Notes under the pieces: model-generated
What the model was told of the DNA's origin: nothing
The model's database searches: none
Seen by the model: only the letters and a program-made list of their open reading frames with translations
NCBI RefSeq assembly: GCF_001194135.2
Contig: NC_068992.1
Coordinates: 51,584,736 to 51,630,946 of the forward strand
Origin: Octopus bimaculoides
Taxonomy: Eukaryota
Direction: 5' to 3'
DNA: 46,211 bases
Shown: positions 12,545 through 24,484 of the stretch, piece after piece
Position numbering within the stretch: the stretch's first letter is position 1
How the letters are laid out: the number at the start of each line of letters is the position of its first letter
Made by a program: the position numbers and the translations under genes

Positions 12545-14065
12545 ATTCATATTTTCTAACTTAATGAAGAAGTTCCCATCAGTTCTTTTGGTCTATACAG
12601 AAATGACACTCTAACCATCTCTAAAGGCACACATGGGCACACTCTAGATGGGTTGAAGGACCTAATTCACATGCTAGCTCCCTTGTTTTATGACTACGAT
12701 TGAGATCAATCTTAACAGAGTTAACTGTTTAGGTGTTACACAAGATAAGGGTACCTGTTCATACAGGCCCTACTGCAAACCAAATGAAAGACTATCATGC
12801 ATTAACAGAACCTCCTGCCACCCACTTATTGTGTTTAAGAATCTGGTGAAGGGTGACAGTAAGAGGATTTCGAACCTGTCTTCGAATAAAGACTTTTTTG
12901 ATGCTGCAGCCACCTATTACAACAGAGCTTTGGCAACCAGTATCTTCAAGGACCACATCTCCTTTATGCAGTTATGTGGGGGCCTAACGCCCACAAATAA
13001 AAGTGCCACTGTAAAGTCATTTGGTTTGCCACACTTTTCAATCTCAACTTCAAGACCTGCATGGGAAGGATCTTCCTCAAATAAGTGAACAAGAATTTCT
13101 CACAGTCCCATATAAGTACAGACGATTTTTTTAAAAGACACAGTTGTGTGCCTAGTGTTAACAAGAAATTTACTAGTGTTCACTAACAAAGGCAGGGTGC
13201 TTATGTATAGAGTTAACACTAAGTGCCCAATGGGAGGTTGATGCAAACCCGTGGCTATGGTCTACAAGGCTGAGTTGGTGTTAGGCAGTAACAACAGTGA
13301 TAGAAGCTGCAGCAGCAACAACAAGAGCAGCACCAACAGTGCATTCAGCTATAATAGCAGCAATGGCAGGGATAGCAGTAACAACAACAACAAGAATAAC
13401 ATTAGCACCGTATCTGGCAGTGACAACAGAAATGGTAGCACTAGTGGTAGCAACAACAGAAGCAGCACAAATAGTATAAAGACACACACACAGAAACGAG
13501 TTGGAGGAAAGGAGAGACCCTTTATGCAGAAGCAAAACAATCATAACTTCTCTTTGAGAATCTCAGAGAGGTTCAGCCTTACATCTTTGGATAACTACAT
13601 ATGACATTTAAAAAAGTGGATATGCCATACACATAAATGAAAGCTCCTGGAACAACCTGAACCATACCTGAACAGGAGAAGCCAATGCAATTTTTGCTTG
13701 GCTGAGAGGAGAAGGATTTGCTTGATCTGGGAAGGGGGTCTTTCTTAAACTCCAAAAGCGAGGTGTTTAGTCGCTACTCTCATAAAAGGAAATTCACATT
13801 AGAGACGTGAAATTCCCCACTGGCTGACTGGTGAACAGAAATTGAGCACCTGTTTCAGATGCGATTGGAATTGGTCAAAGCGAGATAACTTCATCATGCC
13901 TAGAAAAGATGTTGCTTAGAAGAATTTCGTTTTGGAGGTTTTTTTCACAAACCTGACTGACCAGAATATATTCTTACCTCCAGTAGTAGAGAGATCAAGA
14001 GATACGAGAAGTTGCCTATATTGCTAAAAGCATCAGCTGTACAAAATGAATGGTAATTCCCTCAG
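12545..14065 (+). mobile_element. Penelope-like element copy 1 (RT C-terminal half, linker, GIY-YIG endonuclease, 3' UTR), decayed
   Basis: GLYRNDTL (GLYRDDGL-like RT motif); ITIEINLNRVNCLGVT...YRPYCKPNERLSCINRTSCHP...RISNLSSNKDFFDAAA; VIWFATLF; CPMGG*C..MVYKAEL; VGGKERPF..NNH; CNFCLAE..LNSKSEVFSRYSHKRKF. Multiple stops and frameshifts. Confidence 0.88.
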
Positions 14066-14144
14066 TGGCCAACACCAACAACTATATTTTATATATATAT
14101 ATGTATATATGAGTGTGTATGTGTGCATATGGGAGGTGTATACA

Positions 14145-14315
14145 CAATGGCTTTTCTACAGCTTCTGTCTTTCAAATTTCCTCACATGGCATTGGTTAGC
14201 TTGAAGCTATAGAAGAATACTATGGGTGTTGTATAGAGAGTGAGAGAATCTGAAACCACATGGTTGTGAAATGAACTTTTTAAGTATACAACCATTTATG
14301 CACCTATCCCATTCA
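14145..14315 (-). mobile_element. tRNA-derived SINE, family C (degenerate)
   Basis: ggcttttctacagcttctgtc...gctatagaagaatac...gaaaccacatggttg. Confidence 0.6.
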
Positions 14316-14939
14316 TACATGTCTGTATGTGTTTATGCCCAGCTGAATAACAAAGAAATCTGTATGTATTGAGTACACCAAGTGTGTCAGTTTAAAGACA
14401 TGAAATAAATAAATTCTTGAAAAAAGCAAAACCAGGAATTAAGTCTGTGACTAAAATTGGTATTCAGTATGGCTGTTTCTGAACAACACTCAGTGCTACA
14501 CGAAAAGAAAATGATACTTTGTAGCCTGTCATTATTTTTGGATTGAAATATCTTGCTAATCTTAGGAATATTGTCATGTGGTATTCTTGAAACTACTGGG
14601 AGAGGAATATGAAATTTAAAGACAAAAGTATAACACAAAGTATTTAAGGAAGTGAGTTATACAAAATGAAATAGCTAAAGTTAAAAGAGGAAACAACATA
14701 GAATAAAATAAAGAATTTGAGAATAAAACAAAAGTGAATTTCTCACTTCTTTTATCTATTTTCCTCCATTTTCCTTCTGTTTCTTTCTTTTGCTTTTTCC
14801 AGTTATTAAGACGGTCTTTCTAGCATAATTTCTATCTGGTTTTTCTTTCTATGACACTGCATTTCATTCTCTTTAAAATTAATCTGTTGCTTTGTCTCCG
14901 TCTGTTTGTCTGTTGATTCAGTCTATTCTCTTCATCCCT

Positions 14940-14972
<33 letters not shown>

Positions 14973-16054
14973 TGCTTTTGTCATTTTTACTTGTTTCATC
15001 TACTTGTCGCCACTTTTCCTACACTTTTGGTCTCTGTCACAATACATCTACAAAAATCTTTCTCATACACACTTTGTCTCTTACTCTATTTGTCTGTCTG
15101 TCTATCTATCTATCTATCTATCTGTCTGTTAATGTATTATTTATCAATCCATCTTCTCTCTATATGTTCACATATATGCTTATTCATACCTGGGCCCAAG
15201 GAACTAGGTATCTGTAAGAAGCCTATGATATTTTAAGTCACATGAGGCTGAATCAAACTATTTTAAATGACAACAACAACAACAACTATAATATATACAC
15301 ATATATATATTATTAATGTGTGCGCGTGTGTCTTTTCTTCTCATTCTTGGTCTTCTTTTATCTCCCCACCTGGTGGCTCACCATCTTTTAATCACCATCG
15401 TTATGAATCTCAATATTTTGGAATAGTCCTCTCTTTCTCACCTCCCCCACTTCTCACTCTCTCTTTGTTTTCTTTCCTCATGCACTCCTACTCCCACTGT
15501 CTTTCACTGTCTTATTTCTCCTCATCCTCCCCTCCTCCTCCTTATGCAATATTACACACAAACACATATAAACTCTCAAATTCTCTCCTGCTCTCCCTCT
15601 CTCTCTCGTTTGCAGCCATTCTCTGCCTTCCTCTCTTTCTCATTCACCTAACAATGACATTGTACCACTGAGTTATTCCAATTCAGTTGAGATAGCATAT
15701 GGGCTTCTTTAATTTTCCAATAATGCTATTATATGCTTCACCAGTCTCTAGATCGATATTTGGAAGAAAAACAATTCTTACTACATCATTCTATTTCCTC
15801 TTGGCCACGTGATCATACACTGCCATGAATAATGTTCAAATAGAGGCACTGGATTTAAATCTTGACAATTTCAGGACATTCAAATAAAAAAATAAATAAA
15901 TAAATTGCAAAACAAAAAAAAAAACCCAAAAAACAATACACACACAAAACAAAATAGAATCAAAAATATAAATGAGGAAAGGAAAAAAAAAATTCAATTT
16001 TCACATGTAAACGAAGATACAGATAGAATATGATTGGGCAGCATTAAGCTGGCA

Positions 16055-16379
16055 AATCTATAATAATAATAATAATAATAATAATGATAATAATAATAAT
16101 AATAGTAAGCATAATAATAACAGTCACCATCATCAATGATATTATCACTATATTATTATTATTATTATTATTGGTAGTGGTGGTGGTAATAGTAGTAGTA
16201 GTAGTAATATCAATTTTAATGTTTTTATCATTGTTATAATTACTGTTGTTGTTGTTGTTACCATCATTATCATCTTATTATTACTGCATAAAATTATTTC
16301 AGGATTTACGATCAAAATAGCTCCTATTTATTCCACAAGAAAATCACTGCTGCTGCTGCTGCTACTACTACTAATACTT

Positions 16380-16424
<45 letters not shown>

Positions 16425-16443
16425 AAACGACTACCACTATCAC

Positions 16444-16489
<46 letters not shown>

Positions 16490-16542
16490 ACAATCACAAT
16501 CATCATTATTATTAATATTATAATTGTTGTTATTATTATCAC

Positions 16543-16577
<35 letters not shown>

Positions 16578-16720
16578 GTAGTAGTAGTAGTAGTAGTAGT
16601 ATACAATCCTCCTCCTTCTCCTCCTCCTCCTCATCATCATCATCATATTCCTTATTATTGCTTCGGTTGTTGTTGATTTTATTGTTGACTTAACCATTAT
16701 CATTGTATTTTCCTCCTTAT
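16055..16720. repeat. Mosaic trinucleotide array (AAT, ATT, AGT, ACT, GTT, CCT, CAT)
   Basis: Directly visible. Confidence 0.95.
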
Positions 16721-17019
16721 TTTTATTTGTATGTTTTACTATGCTTTTTCTTTTTTTAACTTTTCCCTGGAAATGCATAGAAATGAGGTAAACTTCAAAA
16801 GAATTCCATTGAAGCTAAGATGTTAGGAGGGAAACAGAAGCATTAAGCTGTTAATGTTAGAGGTCACGTGACAAGCTTTCTTATGAGTTTCTAACGATGT
16901 AATTTTGAGTAAAATATAATAAAATAAACACTAACCGAATATGGCAGCATTTGGCATATTAGATTGCGAAATTACATTTAAGCTTAACAAAAATTAGTTT
17001 AATAGGAAGAAAAAAAATT

Positions 17020-17380
17020 AGCAACGGTAGCAGCAGCAGCAGCGATGAGGTTGGTGGTAGTGGTGGTGGTGATAGTGGTGGTAATTATCAGAAGAACAGC
17101 AAAAAAAAGTGCATTCAATAGTAAGCAAAAAGGTATCAAAAACTGATTATTGTAGTAGCAGCAATAGTACCATTGGTAGTAGTAGTATTAGTAGAGATGG
17201 TCGGGGTGGGGGTGGGTGCGGTATTGTAAAAGTAGTAGTAGTTATAAGAAACAAAAAAAAAAAAATAAGTGAGTTCAATAGTAAGCAAAAACAAAAGTCA
17301 AAACCAGATTGTAATAGCAGCAAATATAGCAGTAGTATAAATAGTAGTAGTAATAGTAGTTGTAGTAGCAGCAGCAGTGC
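17020..17380. repeat. Degenerate (AGT/AGC/GGT)n low-complexity region
   Basis: Directly visible. Confidence 0.85.
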
Positions 17381-17798
17381 TGCACATAATTAAAAGGACA
17401 GTAATAAAGAGAATTAAAAAATCACATAGAGGGTTATGAAAAAAAGGTTCAATAGTTCTGACTTTTCCATAAGAAGAATTTCAACAGAGAATTGTATACA
17501 TGGTCAATGCAATTGATACCAGTGATATCATTGGTGTTTATCTTCTCTTATTTTGTTTGTTTACCTTTAGATATCTTTATCTGTTATATTTTTTTATCAT
17601 GCTTTTTCTGGAAAATAGTTTTGTTGTTATTAGTTTAGTGAAAAACCAATCAAAAATTCGTTGTATTTTTACTGCTGAGGATAAAAACTACAAACCATTT
17701 TGTTTGATTGTATTGTTTTCATTGCTAATATACATGATTAGTTCGTTATTTACATTATTTACATTCGACGGATATTTGTCCTCATCTTGTTTGTTGTT

Positions 17799-17844
17799 AA
17801 CACAACGTTTCGGCTGATGTACCCTCCAGCCTTCTTCAGGTGTC
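17799..17844 (-). ncRNA. Minimal type I hammerhead ribozyme motif
   Basis: Minus strand GACAC-CUGAAGA-A-GGCUG-gagggtacat-CAGCC-GAAA-CGU-U-GUGUU. Helix I is GACAC/GUGUU, helix II is GGCUG/CAGCC, helix III is the palindrome ACGU, and the cleavage triplet is GUU. Confidence 0.8.
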
Positions 17845-17883
17845 TTGGGGAGATTTCGAACCTGGGTTCTCAAATTTCCTCAA

Positions 17884-17929
17884 GACACCTGAAGAAGGCT
17901 GGAAGGTATATCAGCCGAAACGTTGTGTT
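17884..17929 (+). ncRNA. Minimal type I hammerhead ribozyme motif
   Basis: GACAC(17884-88) CUGAAGA(17889-95) A GGCUG(17897-901) gaaggtatat CAGCC(17912-16) GAAA(17917-20) CGU U(17924) GUGUU(17925-29). Confidence 0.8.
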
Positions 17930-18512
17930 AACAACAAACAAGATGAGGACAAATATTTGTTGAATGTAAATAATGTACATAATTCCTCATCTCTTAAATT
18001 ATAATTGGAAGGCTCTAATTTCCAGTACTCAGTGTTGCTCATTTCCAATCACCAGCTCCTAAACTGAGCCTGTCTGAATATTTTTTTGAAATATGAAATG
18101 AAAGTTTGAAGAAAATGCTCATTCTTATGCTCTTCTGCTTAAACACCTATATTTTTAATCAAGGGGAACTAATCATACAGTTCTAAAAATGTTTTTCAGA
18201 AAATGCATAAAATATCGGATTAAGCCCTTTGGCAGTTTTGCTGATTTGGGCAAGTTGGTAGGAGGTAAAAAAAATAAAAAATAAATACGTCAATAATTAT
18301 GAAAAAAAAGAAAAGAAACATTCTTTGTATGCAAGCATGGCGATCAAAAACGTATATAAAAAGTAAATCTCTGTAAATCTAGAAATATAAAATATTACAA
18401 ATGTTATAAATACTGTAGGTCTATAAAATAAAGTTTATAAATGAGATTGGTTCAGAAGTGAGTTTTTTTATGATTTGTTTGAAATTTGGCAGAAAATATA
18501 TATATATATATA

Positions 18513-19066
18513 NNNNNNNNNNNNNNNNNNNNNNNNNNNNNNNNNNNNNNNNNNNNNNNNNNNNNNNNNNNNNNNNNNNNNNNNNNNNNNNNNNNNNNNN
18601 NNNNNNNNNNNNNNNNNNNNNNNNNNNNNNNNNNNNNNNNNNNNNNNNNNNNNNNNNNNNNNNNNNNNNNNNNNNNNNNNNNNNNNNNNNNNNNNNNNNN
18701 NNNNNNNNNNNNNNNNNNNNNNNNNNNNNNNNNNNNNNNNNNNNNNNNNNNNNNNNNNNNNNNNNNNNNNNNNNNNNNNNNNNNNNNNNNNNNNNNNNNN
18801 NNNNNNNNNNNNNNNNNNNNNNNNNNNNNNNNNNNNNNNNNNNNNNNNNNNNNNNNNNNNNNNNNNNNNNNNNNNNNNNNNNNNNNNNNNNNNNNNNNNN
18901 NNNNNNNNNNNNNNNNNNNNNNNNNNNNNNNNNNNNNNNNNNNNNNNNNNNNNNNNNNNNNNNNNNNNNNNNNNNNNNNNNNNNNNNNNNNNNNNNNNNN
19001 NNNNNNNNNNNNNNNNNNNNNNNNNNNNNNNNNNNNNNNNNNNNNNNNNNNNNNNNNNNNNNNNNN
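18513..19066. other. Assembly gap within (TA)n
   Basis: N characters. Confidence 1.
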
Positions 19067-19126
<60 letters not shown>

Positions 19127-19146
19127 CATATGCATATATGGGTGCA

Positions 19147-19835
19147 GTACAGGATGTCACAAAACGTAAACAACATGAAATACGAAAATACAGTTAGGTA
19201 CGTAAAGAACGAGAGAAACAAACGGAAAACAAGACAAGTAACATAAAGAACGACCCTTCATCAGTTGTCGACTGTCCTTCTACTCTTTATTTCGAGCACT
19301 GAACAACAATATAAGACTTTTGTTTTCTCTCTCATCCTTTCTCTAATTCTTTTCCCCCTACACCGTTTTGTATCTGTGTGTGTGTGCCTCTCTCCCTCAC
19401 CCTCTCTCGTTGCTCACATGTGACCATCGTCCATCTTTCTTTTCCTTACGTGGTCCTCTTTCTTTTCCTTCAGTGCTGTTGTACAGACTGCACATATTCC
19501 TATCTACCTCCTCTTCTATCTTTTCTCTAATCAAAGATCATATTTCTCCAGCATTCACTATTTTACCTTGTCTGGTCTATCGTCCCTCCTGTTTTTGTTA
19601 CCGACTTTGAACCTCTGCAAATCCCAAATTTTAGTTTGGTTCACAGGAGCATCTGCCTTCAAAGTTTTATATTGTCGTTCAATGCATGCTCAAAATAAGG
19701 AGTAGAAGGACAGCCGACAACTGATGAAGGGTCGTTCTTTATGTTACTTGTCTTGTTTTCCATTTGTTTCTTTTGTTTGCATACCCAACTTTATTTTCCT
19801 ATTTCATATTGTTTACATTTTGTGACGTCCTGTAC
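19147..19835. mobile_element. ~690-bp element with ~175-bp terminal inverted repeats, embedded in TA-rich microsatellites
   Basis: 19147-19322 is an imperfect reverse complement of 19661-19835. It shares an exact 20+ nt block, gaacgacccttcatcagttgtcg. The core is CT-rich and non-coding. Confidence 0.8.
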
Positions 19836-19919
19836 CTATACATGCATATTTGTATCCATATATATGTATGTATGTACATATATGTACGTGTATATGTATA
19901 TATATATATATATATATAT

Positions 19920-20152
19920 NNNNNNNNNNNNNNNNNNNNNNNNNNNNNNNNNNNNNNNNNNNNNNNNNNNNNNNNNNNNNNNNNNNNNNNNNNNNNNNNN
20001 NNNNNNNNNNNNNNNNNNNNNNNNNNNNNNNNNNNNNNNNNNNNNNNNNNNNNNNNNNNNNNNNNNNNNNNNNNNNNNNNNNNNNNNNNNNNNNNNNNNN
20101 NNNNNNNNNNNNNNNNNNNNNNNNNNNNNNNNNNNNNNNNNNNNNNNNNNNN
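19920..20152. other. Assembly gap within (TA)n
   Basis: N characters. Confidence 1.
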
Positions 20153-20205
<53 letters not shown>

Positions 20206-21384
20206 TATGCATACATAAAGAAAGAGAGAGAGAGATATTTACTATCTTTCTTTCTCTCCCCTGAATTGTTTTTTACAGCATGGGGGTCACAGAGAGTTGT
20301 TCACAGTATCTATTTGTTTAAAAATAGAAAAAAAAATTTCGGAAGTGTTAGAAATATATTTTAGAAAGAAAAACAAAAATTCTTTTCATGCTACAGGGAC
20401 TTTCGAAAGATGGACTGATGTGTAGTATAGCATAGCACGAAAATAAGAATTTCATTAGTGCTATTGTATTGTTACATGACAGAAGTCTGGACATCTGTAT
20501 TTACTTGTGCAACTTTCCTGGCAACATGATCTATTAAAATATTCCTACTGATTCTCATTTAAAGAATTTGTAAGATAAAAACCAAGGTTTTTGGTGTTTT
20601 TTATTTGTTATAATATTAAGACATTGCTAGTGGAAGGTGTCATGCACTTCAACCAATCAAATAACACAATAGATAAATAATAGGAAGACAAGTCAGCTAA
20701 AGAGTTACAATAATCCTCCAAGTCTCCATAGATTTCACTGTTAAAAGCTAGGATTAGCAAGAATAGATTTCTTGTATGAGAAGCAGATATGTAATTCTAC
20801 AAAATTCTATAGAATTGCCATTTCATACTTGAGAATATCTTGATCGCATTCAAGGCTGGAAAATATTCTGGAGATAACTAAATCTAATGGGTGAAGATAT
20901 TGGTCGATGCAATTTACTGTCAAGTGTTGGGATTATAGAAGATTTAAAATGTTTAGATGAACATTTTAATGGAAACATAGACTAATTAGAACGTACATTC
21001 TGACATGCATGTTGGCTGAGATTGTGCACACAATATCTCTTTTCATCTGCATCAATTATTTCATCCTTCATTTCTTTTTGTTATTGTTAGCATATGAAGT
21101 TTAGTACAATATGTAATACTTTCACTCTGTCTTCCTTATCAGTAATTTGAAATTTAACTACTCCTCAAATTCCATTGACATCACATAATTATATTTTCGA
21201 AAATTGACATTGGATTGGTTGCATGGTTAATAAGTTAATTTCATAACTGTGGGATTCATTCTGAACAAGTGGATTCAGACATTGCTTAAAAATGTGAACC
21301 AGACTTTGTGATTAAAATGTAGTAGAGAGAAAGTGTATGGGAGGCTGTTGTATTTATATATACTCAAATAAATACATGTGTTTA

Positions 21385-21597
21385 TATATTTAAAAATGCT
21401 GAAAGTTCCTGGCTTTAAGGGTATCGTGAAAGGTCTGGTTGGAGGCCTGACCTTCCAAGTTCTTTTACAAAAATTGAAGGATTGCTGCAATAAGTGCATA
21501 AATCTGAGAGGGGAATATGTTGAATAAACTCATAATTAATTGAACTTCCTGTATTTTCTTTTATCAAAACCCAGGAACTTTCCTTCATCCCCTCGTA
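21385..21597 (+). mobile_element. Mariner-derived MITE
   Basis: TIRs atgctgaaagttcctggcttt / cccaggaactttccttcatcccctcgta. The interior encodes CNKCINLRGEYVE*, resembling the mariner transposase C-terminus (KCI...G.YVE). Confidence 0.8.
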
Positions 21598-21699
21598 TAT
21601 ATATAATTGATCAGTTGTTCATAAATTAGAAATAAAGCACACTCTAAAAAATTATTCTGACAAACTATAATTAATGTAGTCTTTGATTATAACTAGTCA

Positions 21700-22800
21700 G
21701 GATGTTACCATTGGTTTCACATATATTATGCTCTTAGCAATATAGGCAACTCATTAGAGCTGCTGGCTAGAGGTACAAAACCGTGTTACTGATGGAGGAA
21801 TGAATACAGTCTTGGTCAGTTGGGATTGTGAAAAAAAAAAAATACTGAAATGAAATTCTTCGAGGACAAGACTGCATCTGAGCGATATGGCGTTATCTCT
21901 TCTTGAGTGGTTCAATTTGTGTCCAAAAAGGGTAAGTTTATGTACGATTTACCGATCAGTCATTGAGAAATTCCCTGTCTCCAGCATGAATTTTCTCTCA
22001 TGAGGGCACCAGCTGAACATCTCACTTTTGGAATTTAATAAAACCCCCAGGTCAAGTTAATTAATTAGGACCCTTGCCCTCTTGACCAAGCAAAGTTTGC
22101 ATCGTCTGCTCCCATGGTGGTATAGTCTAGGTTATACCAAGAGTTTTCATTTAATCCTGCATGGCATAATATCATCTTTTAAACACCATATACAGTTTTC
22201 TAAAGATATTACATTGCACCTCTCTAGGATCCTAAAAGTGAACTTGTAGTTACTTAATTCTACTTAAAGCAGCTATCCATCATTCCAACATATTTCCTTG
22301 TGTTATTGGTGCAGGTATGTTGCTGGTGCTGATACAGTTGTTGTTGTTGCTGCTGCTGCTACTATCGCTTTTGTTGCTACTGGTACTGCCAGAAGCGTTG
22401 TTGGTGCTGCCATTGTTGCTGTTGTTGCTGTTATCACTGTCATTGCTGTCGTTACTGGCGAGCACCACCTCAGCCTCAAAAACCATAGCCTTGAAGTTGC
22501 ATCGATCATCCACTGAGCATTCACTTTGAACTCCACATGAGTATCCTGCTTCTATGCAGGATTCAGGTGTTTGCTAAAATGTTTTAAACACTGGGAATAC
22601 AGCTGAAAGAAACACTTAGGTTGTGATTATTAACTTAATATTCTGTACCTGTAAGATGGCTTATGCACTAATCTAAGGCAGATCCTTACCATGCTGGTCT
22701 TGACATTGAATGAGAAGGGTGGAGTAAACCAAATGACTTTATGGTTGTGTTTTCATTTTTGGGTGTTATGTCCTGTCAGAATGGAGATGCAGTCCTAAAT
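21700..22800 (-). mobile_element. Penelope-like element copy 2 (linker, GIY-YIG, 3' UTR), decayed
   Basis: Minus-strand KVIWFTPPFSFNVKTSM; SFSCIPSV; CNFKAMVFEAEVV; RKYVGMMDSCFK; CIWCLKD; SRRCKLCL; LLNSKSEMFSWCPHERKF. The 3' UTR is similar to 13810-14065. Confidence 0.88.
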
Positions 22801-23285
22801 CTGCACCTAAATCAAAAGTAAACAGCAAAAGGTGGTAAGAATGTTATATCATGAGTAAGTGTCGCAAAGTAACAGAAGAAACAGGAACCATCTCTGCAAA
22901 ATAGCAGATGCAAGATTGACACTACTTAATATACTGCAGGCAGTATTGTTGATGAACCTAGTAAAGTTCCTGATCTTCATAACAATGCAACACAAACAGT
23001 AAACTCTACCATTGAGATAGTCACAGAGAGAGAGAGAGAGAGGGGAAGAACAAAAGATTCAGTAGAAGCTAATCTCTTTCCTGCTGAAAGAGTTGTAAAC
23101 TGTGAAAGAATTAGCCCAAAGAAATCTTTACTTAACAAATAGTTTATCTAAAAATTTCCTATTTATCTATTTGCTTTGTGATGTTTAGAATCTAAAGAAA
23201 CGAAACTCTAAATACTCTTTTGAATCCCAAACATAGTCTGGGTGACCAAATTAATATATACATATATGTATATATATATATATAT

Positions 23286-23680
23286 NNNNNNNNNNNNNNN
23301 NNNNNNNNNNNNNNNNNNNNNNNNNNNNNNNNNNNNNNNNNNNNNNNNNNNNNNNNNNNNNNNNNNNNNNNNNNNNNNNNNNNNNNNNNNNNNNNNNNNN
23401 NNNNNNNNNNNNNNNNNNNNNNNNNNNNNNNNNNNNNNNNNNNNNNNNNNNNNNNNNNNNNNNNNNNNNNNNNNNNNNNNNNNNNNNNNNNNNNNNNNNN
23501 NNNNNNNNNNNNNNNNNNNNNNNNNNNNNNNNNNNNNNNNNNNNNNNNNNNNNNNNNNNNNNNNNNNNNNNNNNNNNNNNNNNNNNNNNNNNNNNNNNNN
23601 NNNNNNNNNNNNNNNNNNNNNNNNNNNNNNNNNNNNNNNNNNNNNNNNNNNNNNNNNNNNNNNNNNNNNNNNNNNNNNNN
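23286..23680. other. Assembly gap
   Basis: N characters. Confidence 1.
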
Positions 23681-24484
23681 GTAGTAGTCGAATGATATTC
23701 TTAAGGCTGCAATTTACTCACACACAGCATCTTCCAGAGCTTGTCGCAAATTCAATTCCTAACCAAACTGAAAATTGTGAACATTTTTGAAGAGGACTGT
23801 TCCCTAGCTACATTTTGGCATAACAAAATTGAGATTTGATCCATTAGATAAAAGTTATCATCAAAATTTGTAGCAACATTATAGGAGAGTAAGTAACGCC
23901 GCCATCACGTTTAGATCTGAATAACTTTTTTACTTTAAAAGCAAAATATATTTGTCTTAGCTTCAATGATAGTAGAAAGCGTGAAGAATTTCATAGTTTT
24001 ATTCCCATGCAAGAAAAATTTGTATGAAGAAAGTTGTGAGGTAAAATATCCTGAAAAAATTATAAGCAAGGCAAAAAATTGGATTTAAGTATAATTAACT
24101 TTTTTATTTTGAAAACAAACTGGACTTTAATTAAGCTTAAATGATAGAGCTCAATTCGAAGAATTTCATGATATCAATCTAATGCAATGAAGTTTTGAAA
24201 GAAAAAAGTTATGAGTGTTTGTTTCTTAAATCTGAGGGTGATAATGTAGAAATAAAAATAAAAATAATAATAGAAATAATATAGTTCTATACTTTTTATG
24301 AATATAGTTCTATAAGGCAACTTTTAATATATGTCATCAACGTCATTGAGGTAAGGAAAAAATTACCAATGACACCGCTAATGGACACATTTGACACACA
24401 TTATTAATTAGCATAATGGCATAGCCTGGGAAAACCTTGGATTACATGGAAAAATGCAAACAAAAGAAATAATATTCTTAACAG

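Larger units (their letters stand above)
17751..18003. mobile_element. Fold-back element made of two head-to-head copies of a hammerhead-bearing repeat (PLE pseudo-LTR-like)
   Basis: Arms 17751-17856 and 17872-17977 are near-perfect reverse complements around a 15-nt spacer. The same unit recurs at 25145-25310. Confidence 0.85.

Noticed and set aside
17751-17977. Repeat-spacer-repeat pattern as a CRISPR-like array
   Set aside because: Only two arms, in inverted orientation, in a eukaryotic context with no cas-like ORF.
19685-19740. CTGATGA inside the TIR arms, with an upstream (C)GAAA/CAAAA, as a possible permuted hammerhead
   Set aside because: No convincing helix III plus UH triplet or helix I could be built.
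12545-22800. The convergent Penelope copies have 3' ends roughly equidistant from the hammerhead palindrome (midpoint ~17.88 kb), suggesting one giant symmetric element
   Set aside because: The copies are strongly diverged, the intervening sequence is not mirrored, and two gaps of estimated size lie on one side. Treated as coincidence.
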